The translations under genes and the position numbers were made by a program. Positions 42,879 through 53,138 of a stretch of 64,000 bases of DNA are shown one piece after another. Under the pieces are notes generated by a model. It made no database searches. It was not told where the DNA came from and was given only the letters and a program-made list of their open reading frames with translations. The stretch is from Candidatus Oxydemutator sp. Lineage in GTDB: Bacteria > Pseudomonadota > Gammaproteobacteria > Poriferisulfidales > Oxydemutatoraceae. How positions within the stretch are numbered: the first letter of the stretch is position 1; each line of letters begins with the position of its first letter. The stretch lies in contig OZ241883.1 in the NCBI GenBank assembly GCA_965203445.1, forward strand, positions 1,376,001 through 1,440,000, read 5' to 3'.

Positions 42879-43750
42879 ATCCTCACCAATTTGATGACGG
42901 CACTTATACTTCCTTTCGGAGGTCATTGCTTGCAGAGAAGGGTTCCAGGTTCCAACGTGATTTTTTGCGAGCGGCCCGTCAAAGTGCCGCCTTTCTCGCG
43001 TTCGTGCAAGACAAGGTCGCCAGGGTAAAAGGTGACGATTTTCCGATTTACGGAAACTCACTGACCGAGCATGAATACAAGGAACCGCCACCCGACACCG
43101 AGCACGCCCTGTATTCGACCTGGAGGGGAATAACGCCGGCGGTCGCATGTCGCACTACGTTCTGGGCCGAAGTCACCTTCCGTCATATCGAAGGCAAGCG
43201 CATAGAGGCAAGTTATCTGGCCGCGAACGGGGGTGCACAGGCCGGCGGACTCGAACGGATCGAGCGGGTTCTTGAACCTGCTCGCTCGGAGGCATCTGAC
43301 AAGGCCGTTGATGCTTGTGTGCGCACAATTCTCCGGCGGATGAGCGGGTTGCGCGAAGCGCGAGGCAACCGAAGTCCTTACGTGGATTGCCCGTTCGGCC
43401 GCGCCTGGTGGCGTGAACGTGCCGTCGCGGAAATTTGTTCGAATGCTGGTGTTTCCCGGGAGGACGTTCTCGGGATACTCAGGCTGAGCCAGGGGTATTG
43501 GGAAGAAATCGTTTCCCAGATTGTTTCCAGAAACTCGGTCGTGGGCGACGGGAAAGTCCGCGACGCCTTGGTGGTATGTCTCATCGCCCAAAAAGATTCG
43601 AGACCTGATAGCCCGATTTTCCAAGGCAAGGAATTGCGCAAGTTGATAAAGCTTCTCGGGATCAGGAGCGCGTGGCAGGAGCTTAGTGTTTTGGAGTTGG
43701 ATGACTTGATCACGCTCATAGGCAAAGAAATGAAGGCGGTGACAACCTGA
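42875..43750 (+). CDS. Hypothetical protein, possibly DUF6339-like
   Basis: 291-aa ORF coupled to the previous gene. FW...H and FGRAWW motifs recall DUF6339 (from memory, unverified). Confidence 0.7.
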   Translation: MNPHQFDDGTYTSFRRSLLAEKGSRFQRDFLRAARQSAAFLAFVQDKVARVKGDDFPIYGNSLTEHEYKEPPPDTEHALYSTWRGITPAVACRTTFWAEVTFRHIEGKRIEASYLAANGGAQAGGLERIERVLEPARSEASDKAVDACVRTILRRMSGLREARGNRSPYVDCPFGRAWWRERAVAEICSNAGVSREDVLGILRLSQGYWEEIVSQIVSRNSVVGDGKVRDALVVCLIAQKDSRPDSPIFQGKELRKLIKLLGIRSAWQELSVLELDDLITLIGKEMKAVTT

Positions 43751-44108
43751 CCGCATGGAGTCTGTTATTGACCGCGCTCGGGCTTCGGTTAATAATATGT
43801 GAGGAATTTTTTCGGAAAGCGCGAGGAGGCAATTTTATGCGACATAACGAGGCTTTCTTTTTCGGCGCCGACCATGCCGGCCCTTGATTACGAGTTCGAC
43901 GTGGACGAATGGGGGTTGCACCTGGGCTACAGCCTTTCGTTCGGATTTGGCGCGTTCTGATATTTTCGCCCGCCCCTGACCCGGCTTTGCGTCTGGCTTC
44001 GGGTTCGGCCTTGGCCGCCGCCACCCGCTTTTTGCCGTTCCTCGTTTCCGGGTTTCTCTCAAGTGGGGATTTGCGTGGCGAATGGCGCGCGGTTCACGGA
44101 GGCTCGTC

Positions 44109-45596
44109 ATGAAAAAGCCGGCCGTTACACCCGTGTTCGTCGGTTCCAGCCTGCTGATTTTCTTTATTCTGCTTTGTTCCCTGTTCGCCCGGGACTCCTT
44201 TTCCCGGTTTCTTTCCTGGGCGCGGGATACTTTTGTTCTGAATGTATCCTGGTTCTACGTCCTGGTCATTTTTCTGCTGTTTCTCGTCTGCCTGTATCTG
44301 ATATTCGGCCGCTATGCAAAAGTTCGTCTGGGCCGGGATCAAAACGCAAGGCCTCGCTACAGCCTCGCCACCTGGCTGTCCATGCTTTTCAGCGCGGGTA
44401 TGGGAACCGGCCTGTTGTTTTCGGGAGTGTACGAACCGCTCCACCATTACTTCTATCCCCCGGTCGGGGAGGGCGCGACGCCACAGGCCCTGGAATTGTC
44501 CTTCCGGCTCACCTTTTTGCACTGGGGCTTTTCCGGTTGGGCGGTCTATACCTTTGTGGGCTTGGCCATGGCCTATCTCTGTTTTCACAAAGGGCGGGCC
44601 TTTCGCTTTTCCTCGATGCTGCCCGCGACCTTCAGCCGGCGGGCCGGCGGAAAGGCCGGCGACCTGATAGACGTTCTGGCAATCGTGGCCATCCTGTTCG
44701 GCGTCGCGACCTCTTTGGGGCGGGGGGCCTTGCAGATCAACGGCGGGTTGCACGAACTGTTCGGGCTGCCGGTGTCCGCGCCGATGCAGGGGCTTGTGAT
44801 TGCGGTGATAACCGGCCTGGCCACGGCTTCCGTGCTGTCCGGTCTGGATCGGGGGATACGTCGTCTGAGCGAGCTGAACGTCGTGTTGTGCCTGTTTCTG
44901 ATCGGCTTCGTCCTGTTCCTGGGGCCGACGAGTTTCCTTCTCAATTCCCTCATCGAGCATACCGGCGCTTATTTTCAAAACCTGATAGCAAGCATGACTT
45001 GGTTGGAAACGCTGGGAGATTCGCAGTGGCGTTCCGGCTGGACGATACTCTATTGGGCGTGGTGGATCGCGTGGGCGCCCTTCGTCGGCAGTTTTATCGC
45101 ACGCATTTCCGAGGGGCGCACCATCCGGGAGTTCGTCGCCGGCGCTTTGTTCGTCCCGGTGTTGCTCACCTTTCTGTGGTTCGCGGTTTTCGGCGGCACC
45201 GCGATTCACCACCACGTGCAGGAAGCTATGGACCTTCGGCCATTTTTGAAGACCGAGTACGCGCTCGTCGTGTTCAAGTTTTTCGAGTATTTCCCGTTCG
45301 CGCAGGCGGTCTCCCTCGTCACCGTGGCGGCGATAGTCATATTTTTTGTGACCTCGTCGGATTCCGCCTCCTACGTAGTCGATCAAATCGCCCGAGGCCG
45401 CGCACGCCCCAGCCCCGGCCAAAAAATCTACTGGGCGGTTCTGGAAGGCGCCGTCGCCGCGCTGCTGCTTTTCACCGGCGGCGTGAAGTCTCTGGAGTTG
45501 TTCGTCATCGTCGTAACTTTCCCGCTGAGCCTGATTCTGCTGTTCGTGTGCTATCACTTCTTCCAAAGCATCAGAACCTCCGAAAAGCCCGCATAG
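44109..45596 (+). CDS. BCCT family (betaine/choline/carnitine) transporter
   Basis: WLSMLFSAGMGTGL, HWG, WTILYWAWWIAWAPFVG.FIARIS.GRTIREF, TSSDS. Confidence 0.95.
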   Translation: MKKPAVTPVFVGSSLLIFFILLCSLFARDSFSRFLSWARDTFVLNVSWFYVLVIFLLFLVCLYLIFGRYAKVRLGRDQNARPRYSLATWLSMLFSAGMGTGLLFSGVYEPLHHYFYPPVGEGATPQALELSFRLTFLHWGFSGWAVYTFVGLAMAYLCFHKGRAFRFSSMLPATFSRRAGGKAGDLIDVLAIVAILFGVATSLGRGALQINGGLHELFGLPVSAPMQGLVIAVITGLATASVLSGLDRGIRRLSELNVVLCLFLIGFVLFLGPTSFLLNSLIEHTGAYFQNLIASMTWLETLGDSQWRSGWTILYWAWWIAWAPFVGSFIARISEGRTIREFVAGALFVPVLLTFLWFAVFGGTAIHHHVQEAMDLRPFLKTEYALVVFKFFEYFPFAQAVSLVTVAAIVIFFVTSSDSASYVVDQIARGRARPSPGQKIYWAVLEGAVAALLLFTGGVKSLELFVIVVTFPLSLILLFVCYHFFQSIRTSEKPA

Positions 45597-45755
45597 GGTA
45601 ATGAGGCGAACCCGGTGGACTGCGGAAAAGGGCGGGTATCGGTGTCGGAGGAGTTTTGCGGCCACGGAAAATCAGCCGCAAGTCGGTGATAAAATGAAAA
45701 TTGCGCCTGGAGTTGGAACGATCCCACAACACGCATTATCACTGGGTTTTAACGA

Positions 45756-46718
45756 ATGAAAAATTGCCCGCTGGAACGGCTGGACGGGAATTCCGACGCC
45801 CGCAGGCGGCTGCTTCCTTTCTGTCGCCTCAAAAGAGGAGATGTGTGGGAAGACCCTGTTCGAGGGCATCGTGTCGGCTGTCTCGACGCCACCTCTGAAG
45901 CGGACATCAGTTTGCTTATGGCAGGGGAGAAGGCGACTCTCTCGATCCAGGATCCCCCGTATAACCTGGCGGCGTTCGAGAAGCGTTCCGTTCAAGAGTT
46001 TGTCGGCTGGTGCAGACGGTGGATGGGCGTTACCGAGCGGATTCTTTGCGATAATTCCGCGCTGTACGTCTGGCTGGGCGCCGACCAGGAAAACGCTTTT
46101 CAACCGTTGCCCGACTTCATGATCATGATGCGCGATTTTCCATCCCTGAAGAGCCGGTCTTTTATCACGATGCGCAATCAGAGAGGATACGGCACACAAC
46201 ACAACTGGATGTCGGTAAGGCAGGAGTGTCTCTATTATGTAAAAGGAAAGCCGGCATTTTACGTGCAATACACCGATATTCCCAAAATCCTGCGCGGCTA
46301 CTACAAGGAAGTAAATGGAAGGAAGACGGAAAACCTCGAACGAAGCAAGTCCGAGAATATCCGGCCGGGTAACGTCTGGGTGGATATTCAGCAGATTTTC
46401 TATCGCATGCGGGAGAACGTGAACGGGTGCTACGCCCAAAAGCCCCTGAAATGCATAGAAAGGCTGATCCTGGCCAGTTCTCACGAGGGCGAACTCGTCA
46501 CAGACTTCTTCGGCCACTCGGGAACCACCCTGGTCGCGGCTGCCAAACACAAACGCAGGTGTTTCATATGCGACGTCGATCCCGTCTATGCCGAGATCAT
46601 GATTCGCAGGATCGAAAGATATTATGAGATCGGCAAAGAAGGATGGCAGAACGGCAATCCTTTCGAGAGGGAACTAATGGGAAATCTCGAACCGGAGCAG
46701 GCGGCCTTGAGAGTTTGA
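45756..46718 (+). CDS. Site-specific DNA methyltransferase, beta class (N4C/N6A)
   Basis: DPPYN precedes QKP and DFFGHSGTT (motif IV before motif I). Confidence 0.9.
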   Translation: MKNCPLERLDGNSDARRRLLPFCRLKRGDVWEDPVRGHRVGCLDATSEADISLLMAGEKATLSIQDPPYNLAAFEKRSVQEFVGWCRRWMGVTERILCDNSALYVWLGADQENAFQPLPDFMIMMRDFPSLKSRSFITMRNQRGYGTQHNWMSVRQECLYYVKGKPAFYVQYTDIPKILRGYYKEVNGRKTENLERSKSENIRPGNVWVDIQQIFYRMRENVNGCYAQKPLKCIERLILASSHEGELVTDFFGHSGTTLVAAAKHKRRCFICDVDPVYAEIMIRRIERYYEIGKEGWQNGNPFERELMGNLEPEQAALRV

Positions 46719-46721
46719 GCC

Positions 46722-47639
46722 ATGGGTAGAAGCGTTCCGCATCCATTTCCATATCAGGGTAGCAAGCGTGGTATTGCCAGGCATATTCTGCGCTGTTTTC
46801 CGAACGATGTTTGCCGTCTTATCGAGCCTTTTTGCGGGGCTGGCGCGGTTTCTATTGCTGCCGCCGCGCACGGATTGGCCGAGAGGTTCATACTGAATGA
46901 CCTGAACGCACCGCTGATGGGTCTTTGGCGGGAGATTCTGGAAAGGCCGGCGCGGTTGGCCGACGAATACGAGAATCTATGGAACGGGCAACTTCCCGAT
47001 AGCAAGGGGTATTTTTTCCGTGTCCGCGATGAGTTCAATGCCACTCATCTTCCGCATCATTTGCTTTATCTGCTTGCGCGTATTGTGAAAGGGTCGGTCC
47101 GATACAGTGCCGACGGATCGTTCAACCAGAGTGCCGACAACAGGCGATTGGGCATGCGCCCCGCCACCATGAGGAAAAATATTTTCAGCGTGTCCGGTCT
47201 GCTTGCCGGCAAGACCATCACCTTCGCCGCGGATTTTCGTGAAGTCGTAAAGAAAGCAGGAGGCAAAGATTTGATCTACATGGATCCTCCGTACCAGGGC
47301 ACGTCCTTCACGAGGGATCATCGCTACTGTAACGGACTGGCGTACGATGATTTTGTCGGCGCGCTGTCGGAAATGAACGAGAGGCGTCTTTCCTACATTG
47401 TCAGTTACGACGGCGCCACCGGAACAAAGATTCATGGAAAAACATTGCCGCGTTCCCTGTCGCTACGGCACCTTCGTATCCATGTGGGCAGATCGAGTCA
47501 GGCAACGTTGTCAGGAGGCCGTGCCGAGACAATCGAGTCGCTGTATTTGTCCCCGACCCTGACAAAGCGATTGGAGCGAGATACGCGCAGGATCGCAGCG
47601 ATGAGAGACGAGGAGCAACGGGCACTCGCTTTGGCATGA
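46722..47639 (+). CDS. Dam-like (alpha class) DNA adenine methyltransferase
   Basis: PYQGSKR, EPFCGAGAV, LND, YMDPPY, SYD. Confidence 0.9.
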   Translation: MGRSVPHPFPYQGSKRGIARHILRCFPNDVCRLIEPFCGAGAVSIAAAAHGLAERFILNDLNAPLMGLWREILERPARLADEYENLWNGQLPDSKGYFFRVRDEFNATHLPHHLLYLLARIVKGSVRYSADGSFNQSADNRRLGMRPATMRKNIFSVSGLLAGKTITFAADFREVVKKAGGKDLIYMDPPYQGTSFTRDHRYCNGLAYDDFVGALSEMNERRLSYIVSYDGATGTKIHGKTLPRSLSLRHLRIHVGRSSQATLSGGRAETIESLYLSPTLTKRLERDTRRIAAMRDEEQRALALA

Positions 47640-47824
47640 GCAAGCGGCCATACCCTCGCAAATATAAAGAGGTTCAGGCGCGCCGCTGATGGATTTGGGG
47701 GCTGTTTTCGCCCTCTTTCATGCTACAATAAATCATTCTCCGGCGACGCTGCGCGAGGGTCTGCTTCGCGGGATATTTCCGCGGTGCTCCCGCTTCAATT
47801 TGTTTGTTTTCTTAAGCCCCTTTC

Positions 47825-50419
47825 ATGACTGATTTCGCAAAGGAAGTCCTGGCGGTCAATCTCGAGGACGAGATGCGCAAGTCCTATCTGGACTACGCGA
47901 TGAGCGTCATCATAGGCCGCGCCCTGCCGGACGTCCGCGACGGCCTCAAGCCGGTGCATCGGCGCGTGCTCTACGCGATGCGCGAACTCGGCAACGACTG
48001 GAACAAGCCGTACAAGAAGTCGGCGCGCATCGTCGGCGACGTCATCGGCAAATACCACCCGCACGGCGACGTCGCGGTCTATGACACCATCGTGCGCATG
48101 GCGCAGCCGTTCTCGCTGCGCTACATGTTGGTGGACGGGCAGGGCAACTTCGGTTCGGTGGACGGCGACGCGCCGGCGGCGATGCGCTACACCGAGGTGC
48201 GCATGTCGAAGATCGCGCACGAACTGCTCGCCGATCTCGACAAGGAGACGGTGGATTTTGTCCCCAACTACGACAATTCCGAGCACGAGCCGTCGGTGCT
48301 GCCGACGCGCGTGCCGAACCTGTTGGTCAACGGTTCCTCCGGAATCGCGGTCGGCATGGCGACGAACGTCCCGCCGCACAACCTGGGCGAGGTAGTGGAC
48401 GCGGCGCTCGCGCTGGCCGACGATCCGGAGATCTCGATTGGCGGTCTGATCGAGCATTTGCCGGGGCCGGATTTTCCGACCGCCGGCATCATCATGGGGC
48501 GGCGCGGCATCCGCGACGCGTACCACACCGGGCGCGGGCGCGTCGTCGTGCGCGCGCGCTGCCACGTGGATCGCGACGACAAGGCCGACCGCGAGACGAT
48601 AGTCGCAACCGAACTGCCGTACATGGTCAACAAGGCGCGCCTGCTCGAAAAGATCGCCGGACTGGTCAAGGAAAAGCGCGTCGCCGGCATCGCCGCGCTG
48701 CGCGACGAATCGGACAAGGACGGTATGCGCGTCGTCATCGAACTCAAGCGCGGCGAACCCGGCGACGTCGTGCTGAACAATCTTTACAAACACACGGCGA
48801 TGCAGTCCTCGTTCGGCGTCAACGTGGTCGCGCTCGACGACGGCCAGCCGAAGCTGCTGAACCTGAAACAGGTGCTCGAGGCCTTCCTGCGCCACCGTCG
48901 CGACGTCGTCACGCGGCGCACGGTGTTCGAGCTGCGCAAGGCGCGCGAGAAGGCGCACTTGCTCGAGGGGCAGGCGGTCGCGCTCGCCAACATAGACGAG
49001 GTCATCGCGCTGATCAAGGCGTCGAAAACCCCGGCCGTGGCCAAAGCGGCGTTGGTGGAGCGCGTCTGGAAACCGGGTGTCGTCACCGCGATGCTCGAGC
49101 GCGCCGACGCCGGTGCGTCGCGCCCGGAAAATCTCGCCGCCGAGTTCGGTCTCGCCGATGCCGGCTACCGTCTGTCGGCGACGCAGGCGCAGGCGATCCT
49201 CGATCTGCGGCTGCACCGCCTGACCGCGCTCGAGCAGGACAAAATCGTCTCTGATTACGAGGCGCTGCTGAAGCGCATCTTCGAGCTGATAGAGATCCTG
49301 TCGGAACCCGACCGCCTGATGGAGGTCATCCGCGAGGAGTTGGCCGAGATCCGCGACGCCTACGGCGACGGGCGCCGCACCGAGATCTCCGACGAGGCGA
49401 CCGAGATGAGCGACGAGGACTTCATCAACGAGGAGGAGGTCGTCATCACGATTTCCCACGCCGGCTACGCCAAGTCGCAGAGCATGGACGAATACCGTCT
49501 GCAACGCCGCGGCGGCAAGGGCAAGGCCGCGACCGCGGTGCGCGAAGAGGACTTCATAGACAACCTGTTCATCGCCAACACCCACGACACGCTGCTGTGC
49601 TTCTCAAGCGCCGGCAAAATATACTGGCTCAAGGTCTATCGCCTGCCGCGCGCCGGGCGCGCCGCGCGCGGGCGCCCGCTCGTCAACCTGTTTCCGCTCG
49701 AGGAAGGGGAGCGCATCACCACGGTGCTGCCGGTGCGCGAGTATTCCGAGGACCTGCACGTGTTGATGGCGACCAGTTCCGGCGTCGTCAAGCGCACCCC
49801 GCTGGCCGGTTTTTCGAGGCCGCGCAGCATCGGCATCCGCGCGATCACGCTGCGCCCCGGCGACCAGATGATCGGCGCGTGCATCACCGACGGCGGGCAC
49901 GACGTCATGCTGTTCAGCGACACCGGGCGTTCGGTGCGCTTCGCCGAGTCCGAGTTGCGCTCGCTCGGCAGGAGCGCGCAGGGCGTGCGCGGCATCCGTC
50001 TGCGCGAGGGCGCCAAGGCCATCTCGCTGATCTGCCTGCCGCCGGCGAGCGAGGAGTCGTGCATATTGGTCGCGACCGAGAACGGCTACGGCAAACGCAC
50101 CCGCGCGCGCGAATTCCCGCGCAGAAAGCGCGGCGGCTACGGCGTTATCGCAATCCGCACCGATGAGCGCAACGGCAAAATCGTCGGCGCGACGATAGTC
50201 GGCGAGGAAGACGAGGTCATGTTGATCACCGACGGCGGCACCCTGGTGCGCACCGAGGCCGGGCAGATTTCCATCGTCGGGCGCAATACCATGGGAGTGC
50301 GCCTGATTCGTCTCGACAAAGCCGAACGCCTGTCCGAAGTGGTGCGCGTGGAGACGGCGACCGACGACTCCGCCGACGGCGACGGTACCGTCACCGCTGA
50401 CGCCGCCGCCACCGACTGA
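47825..50419 (+). CDS. gyrA: DNA gyrase subunit A
   Basis: [22 protein letters not shown], GyrA box QRRGGKG. Confidence 0.98.
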   Translation: MTDFAKEVLAVNLEDEMRKSYLDYAMSVIIGRALPDVRDGLKPVHRRVLYAMRELGNDWNKPYKKSARIVGDVIGKYHPHGDVAVYDTIVRMAQPFSLRYMLVDGQGNFGSVDGDAPAAMRYTEVRMSKIAHELLADLDKETVDFVPNYDNSEHEPSVLPTRVPNLLVNGSSGIAVGMATNVPPHNLGEVVDAALALADDPEISIGGLIEHLPGPDFPTAGIIMGRRGIRDAYHTGRGRVVVRARCHVDRDDKADRETIVATELPYMVNKARLLEKIAGLVKEKRVAGIAALRDESDKDGMRVVIELKRGEPGDVVLNNLYKHTAMQSSFGVNVVALDDGQPKLLNLKQVLEAFLRHRRDVVTRRTVFELRKAREKAHLLEGQAVALANIDEVIALIKASKTPAVAKAALVERVWKPGVVTAMLERADAGASRPENLAAEFGLADAGYRLSATQAQAILDLRLHRLTALEQDKIVSDYEALLKRIFELIEILSEPDRLMEVIREELAEIRDAYGDGRRTEISDEATEMSDEDFINEEEVVITISHAGYAKSQSMDEYRLQRRGGKGKAATAVREEDFIDNLFIANTHDTLLCFSSAGKIYWLKVYRLPRAGRAARGRPLVNLFPLEEGERITTVLPVREYSEDLHVLMATSSGVVKRTPLAGFSRPRSIGIRAITLRPGDQMIGACITDGGHDVMLFSDTGRSVRFAESELRSLGRSAQGVRGIRLREGAKAISLICLPPASEESCILVATENGYGKRTRAREFPRRKRGGYGVIAIRTDERNGKIVGATIVGEEDEVMLITDGGTLVRTEAGQISIVGRNTMGVRLIRLDKAERLSEVVRVETATDDSADGDGTVTADAAATD

Positions 50420-50443
50420 AAAGGGGTTGCTTGCGCCCGTGCG

Positions 50444-51520
50444 GTGACGTCCACGGTATATAACTACGCGCCGGGGCCGGCGATATTGCCGGCGCCGGTG
50501 TTGGAGCAGGTGCGCGCCGAGCTGGCCGAGGAGCGTCCGGTATCGGTGCTCGAGATGGGGCACCGCACCGCCTGGTTCGACGATATTGCGGCGCGTTCGC
50601 AGGCCAATCTGCGCGCGTTGCTCGAGGTTCCGGACGATTACGCGGTGTTGTTTCTGCCGGGTGGCGCGCGCGCGCAATACGCCGCGCTGGCGCTCAATCT
50701 CGGCGCCGCCTCCGCCGATTATTTCGACACCGGCTATTGGTCGCAATGCGCGATGGCCGAGGCCGGCCGCTATACCCGCGTCCACGTCCCGGCCGCGGTC
50801 GCGCCGAACGAAGACGGGCTGCTGTCGCTGCCGCCGCCCGCGCGCTGGCGCAATACGCCCGCGCCCGCCTACCGCCATTACGTCGCAAACGAAACGCTGA
50901 CCGGCTTCGAGTTTTTCGCCGACCGCGAAATTGACGACGGCAGCCTGGTCGCCGACGCGACGTCGAACTTCCTGAGCACCCCGCTGAACGTCGCGCGCCA
51001 CCGCCTGATTTACGCCGGCGCCCAGAAGAACGCCGGCATCGCCGGCGTCGCCGTCGTCATCGTCGCGCGCGACGTGTTCGGCGGCGCGCGCGACGATACG
51101 CCGTCTTTGTATAATTACGAGTTGCAGGACAAGATGGATTCCCGCTTCAACACGCCCCCGGTTTTCGCGTGGTACGTGTGCGATCTGGTGCTCGAGTGGA
51201 CGCGGCGCGAGGGCGGCGTCGCCGAGATGTACCGCCGCAGCGTGCAGCGTTCGTCGCTGCTCTACGAATGCATGGATCAATCGGCGATCTACGAAGCCCC
51301 GGTGGCGCCGCAATATCGTTCGCGCACCAACGTCTTTTTCCGCATCCGCCCGCGCGAGCTGGAGGCGCGTTTTGTGCGCGCGGCCGAGGCCCAGGGTCTT
51401 CTGGGTCTGCGCGGGCACCGCGCCACCGGCGGCATCCGCGCGAGCCTGTACAATGGCATGCCGGTGCAAGGCGCGGCCGTGCTGGCCGATTTCATGCGCG
51501 ACTTCGAGAAACAAGCCTGA
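50444..51520 (+). CDS. serC: Phosphoserine aminotransferase
   Basis: NYAPGPA, EMGHR, NET, GAQKN, NTPP, GHR..GGIRASLYN. Confidence 0.95.
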   Translation: MTSTVYNYAPGPAILPAPVLEQVRAELAEERPVSVLEMGHRTAWFDDIAARSQANLRALLEVPDDYAVLFLPGGARAQYAALALNLGAASADYFDTGYWSQCAMAEAGRYTRVHVPAAVAPNEDGLLSLPPPARWRNTPAPAYRHYVANETLTGFEFFADREIDDGSLVADATSNFLSTPLNVARHRLIYAGAQKNAGIAGVAVVIVARDVFGGARDDTPSLYNYELQDKMDSRFNTPPVFAWYVCDLVLEWTRREGGVAEMYRRSVQRSSLLYECMDQSAIYEAPVAPQYRSRTNVFFRIRPRELEARFVRAAEAQGLLGLRGHRATGGIRASLYNGMPVQGAAVLADFMRDFEKQA

Positions 51521-51536
51521 CGCGGGGACGCGAACG

Positions 51537-52655
51537 TTGTCTGACAAAGAACTGGACAAAGAACTGGGCGAGATACGCGCGCAAATAGACGAGATTGACG
51601 CGCGCTTGCTGCAATTGCTCAACGAGCGCGCCGCGCACGCGATGCGCATCGGGGAACGCAAGCGCGCGCTCGGCCCGAACGACTCGATCTACCGCCCGGC
51701 GCGCGAGGCCGGCCATTTGCGCGACCTCATCGCCGCCAACCGTGGGCCGCTCAAGGACGCGGACGTGGCCGCGCTGTTCCGCGAGATTTTGTCGGCATGC
51801 CGCGCGCTCGAACGCGAGATCGTGGTCGCCTTCCTCGGGCCGCACGGCACGTTCACGCAAGAGGCCGTGTTCAAGCATTTCGGGCGCTCGGTCGTGGCGC
51901 GCGATTTTTCGACCATCGCCGGGGTGTTTCGCGCGGTCGAGGCGGGCGAACCCGCCTACGGCGTCGTGCCGGTCGAGAATTCGAGCGAAGGCGCGGTCTC
52001 GCACACGCTCGACTGCTTCATGGATTCGACGCTGCGCATCGTCGGCGAGATCGAGCTGCCGATCCGCCAGTGTCTGCTGGCGGGCGGCGACTCAAGCGAC
52101 TCAGGCGACCCTGGCGACCTGCGGCGCGTGCGCGTGGTGTACTCGCATTTGCAGTCGTTGGCCCAGTGCCGCCGCTGGCTCGAGGAGAACCTGGCGCATT
52201 GCCGCCAGGTCGGCGTCAACAGCAACGCCGAGGCGGCCCAAAGGGCGCGCGACGATGCGAACGCCGCCGCCATCGCTGGCGCCGGCGCCGGCGCCGAATA
52301 CGGGCTTGCGGTGCTGGCCGAGGGCATCGAGGATTGCGTCGCCAACGCGACGCGCTTTCTGGTGATAGGCGACCACGCGGCCCCGCCCAGCGGCGACGAC
52401 AAGACCAGCGTGCTGGTGTCGGCCAAGAACCATCCGGGTTCGCTGGCCGCGCTGTTGCAGATATTGGCGCGTCGCGACGTCAGCCTGACGCGCATCGAAT
52501 CGCGCCCGGTGCGCATCGTCAACTGGGAATACGTTTTCTTCCTCGACGTGGAGGGGCACTGCGAGGACGACGTGCTGCGCGCCGCGCTGTCCGAACTGGA
52601 AGCGAGCGCCGGTCTTTACAAGCTGCTCGGTTCCTACCCCTGCGCGTCGGCGTAG
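51537..52655 (+). CDS. pheA: Chorismate mutase / prephenate dehydratase
   Basis: IRAQIDEID, FLGPHGTF, PVENSSEG, NATRF, TRIESRP. TTG start at 51537. Confidence 0.95.
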   Translation: MSDKELDKELGEIRAQIDEIDARLLQLLNERAAHAMRIGERKRALGPNDSIYRPAREAGHLRDLIAANRGPLKDADVAALFREILSACRALEREIVVAFLGPHGTFTQEAVFKHFGRSVVARDFSTIAGVFRAVEAGEPAYGVVPVENSSEGAVSHTLDCFMDSTLRIVGEIELPIRQCLLAGGDSSDSGDPGDLRRVRVVYSHLQSLAQCRRWLEENLAHCRQVGVNSNAEAAQRARDDANAAAIAGAGAGAEYGLAVLAEGIEDCVANATRFLVIGDHAAPPSGDDKTSVLVSAKNHPGSLAALLQILARRDVSLTRIESRPVRIVNWEYVFFLDVEGHCEDDVLRAALSELEASAGLYKLLGSYPCASA

Positions 52656-53134
52656 CTTCTGCGCCGCAGGTGGCGCAGCACCGCGAACACCCACGGCCAC
52701 GCCAACATGCTGCTCACCACCGGCAGCATGCCGTGCCAGTCTATCCACAATGAATCGCGCGGCATGCCGATCCATATCGAGATCACGGTGTGCAGCAACA
52801 CCAACAGCGCGACGAAGAAGACCTGCTGGTACGCCGGATAGAGGCGCAGCCTTTGGTGGAAATGCGTGGTCAGGTAGGCGATCAGCGTGTACAGCAGCGC
52901 GTGCTGGCCGAGCAGCGAACCTTTCAGCAGATCGGCGAGGATACCGACGCTCCACGCGAATTTGATATTGAGTTTTTCCGGCGCCGCCAGGCACCAGTAG
53001 ATGACCACCAGCAGTATCCATTCGGGCCACAACGGACGCGCCCACTGCGGCATCGGCAGAGTGCTCATGACCATCGCCACGAGCACCGTCGCGGCGGCCA
53101 CCCAGTAACTGACGTCGTTTGCGCGTTGCGCCAT
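52634..53134 (-). CDS. mreD: Rod shape-determining protein MreD
   Basis: Hydrophobic, P.W..LV.IYW, DLLKGSLLGQHAL. Downstream of mreC. Confidence 0.93.
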   Translation of the reverse strand: MAQRANDVSYWVAAATVLVAMVMSTLPMPQWARPLWPEWILLVVIYWCLAAPEKLNIKFAWSVGILADLLKGSLLGQHALLYTLIAYLTTHFHQRLRLYPAYQQVFFVALLVLLHTVISIWIGMPRDSLWIDWHGMLPVVSSMLAWPWVFAVLRHLRRRSYADAQG

Positions 53135-53138
53135 CGCT

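Noticed and set aside
43751-44108. Riboswitch or ncRNA upstream of the BCCT transporter
   Set aside because: No recognisable conserved aptamer motif by eye. An Rfam/Infernal scan would be needed.
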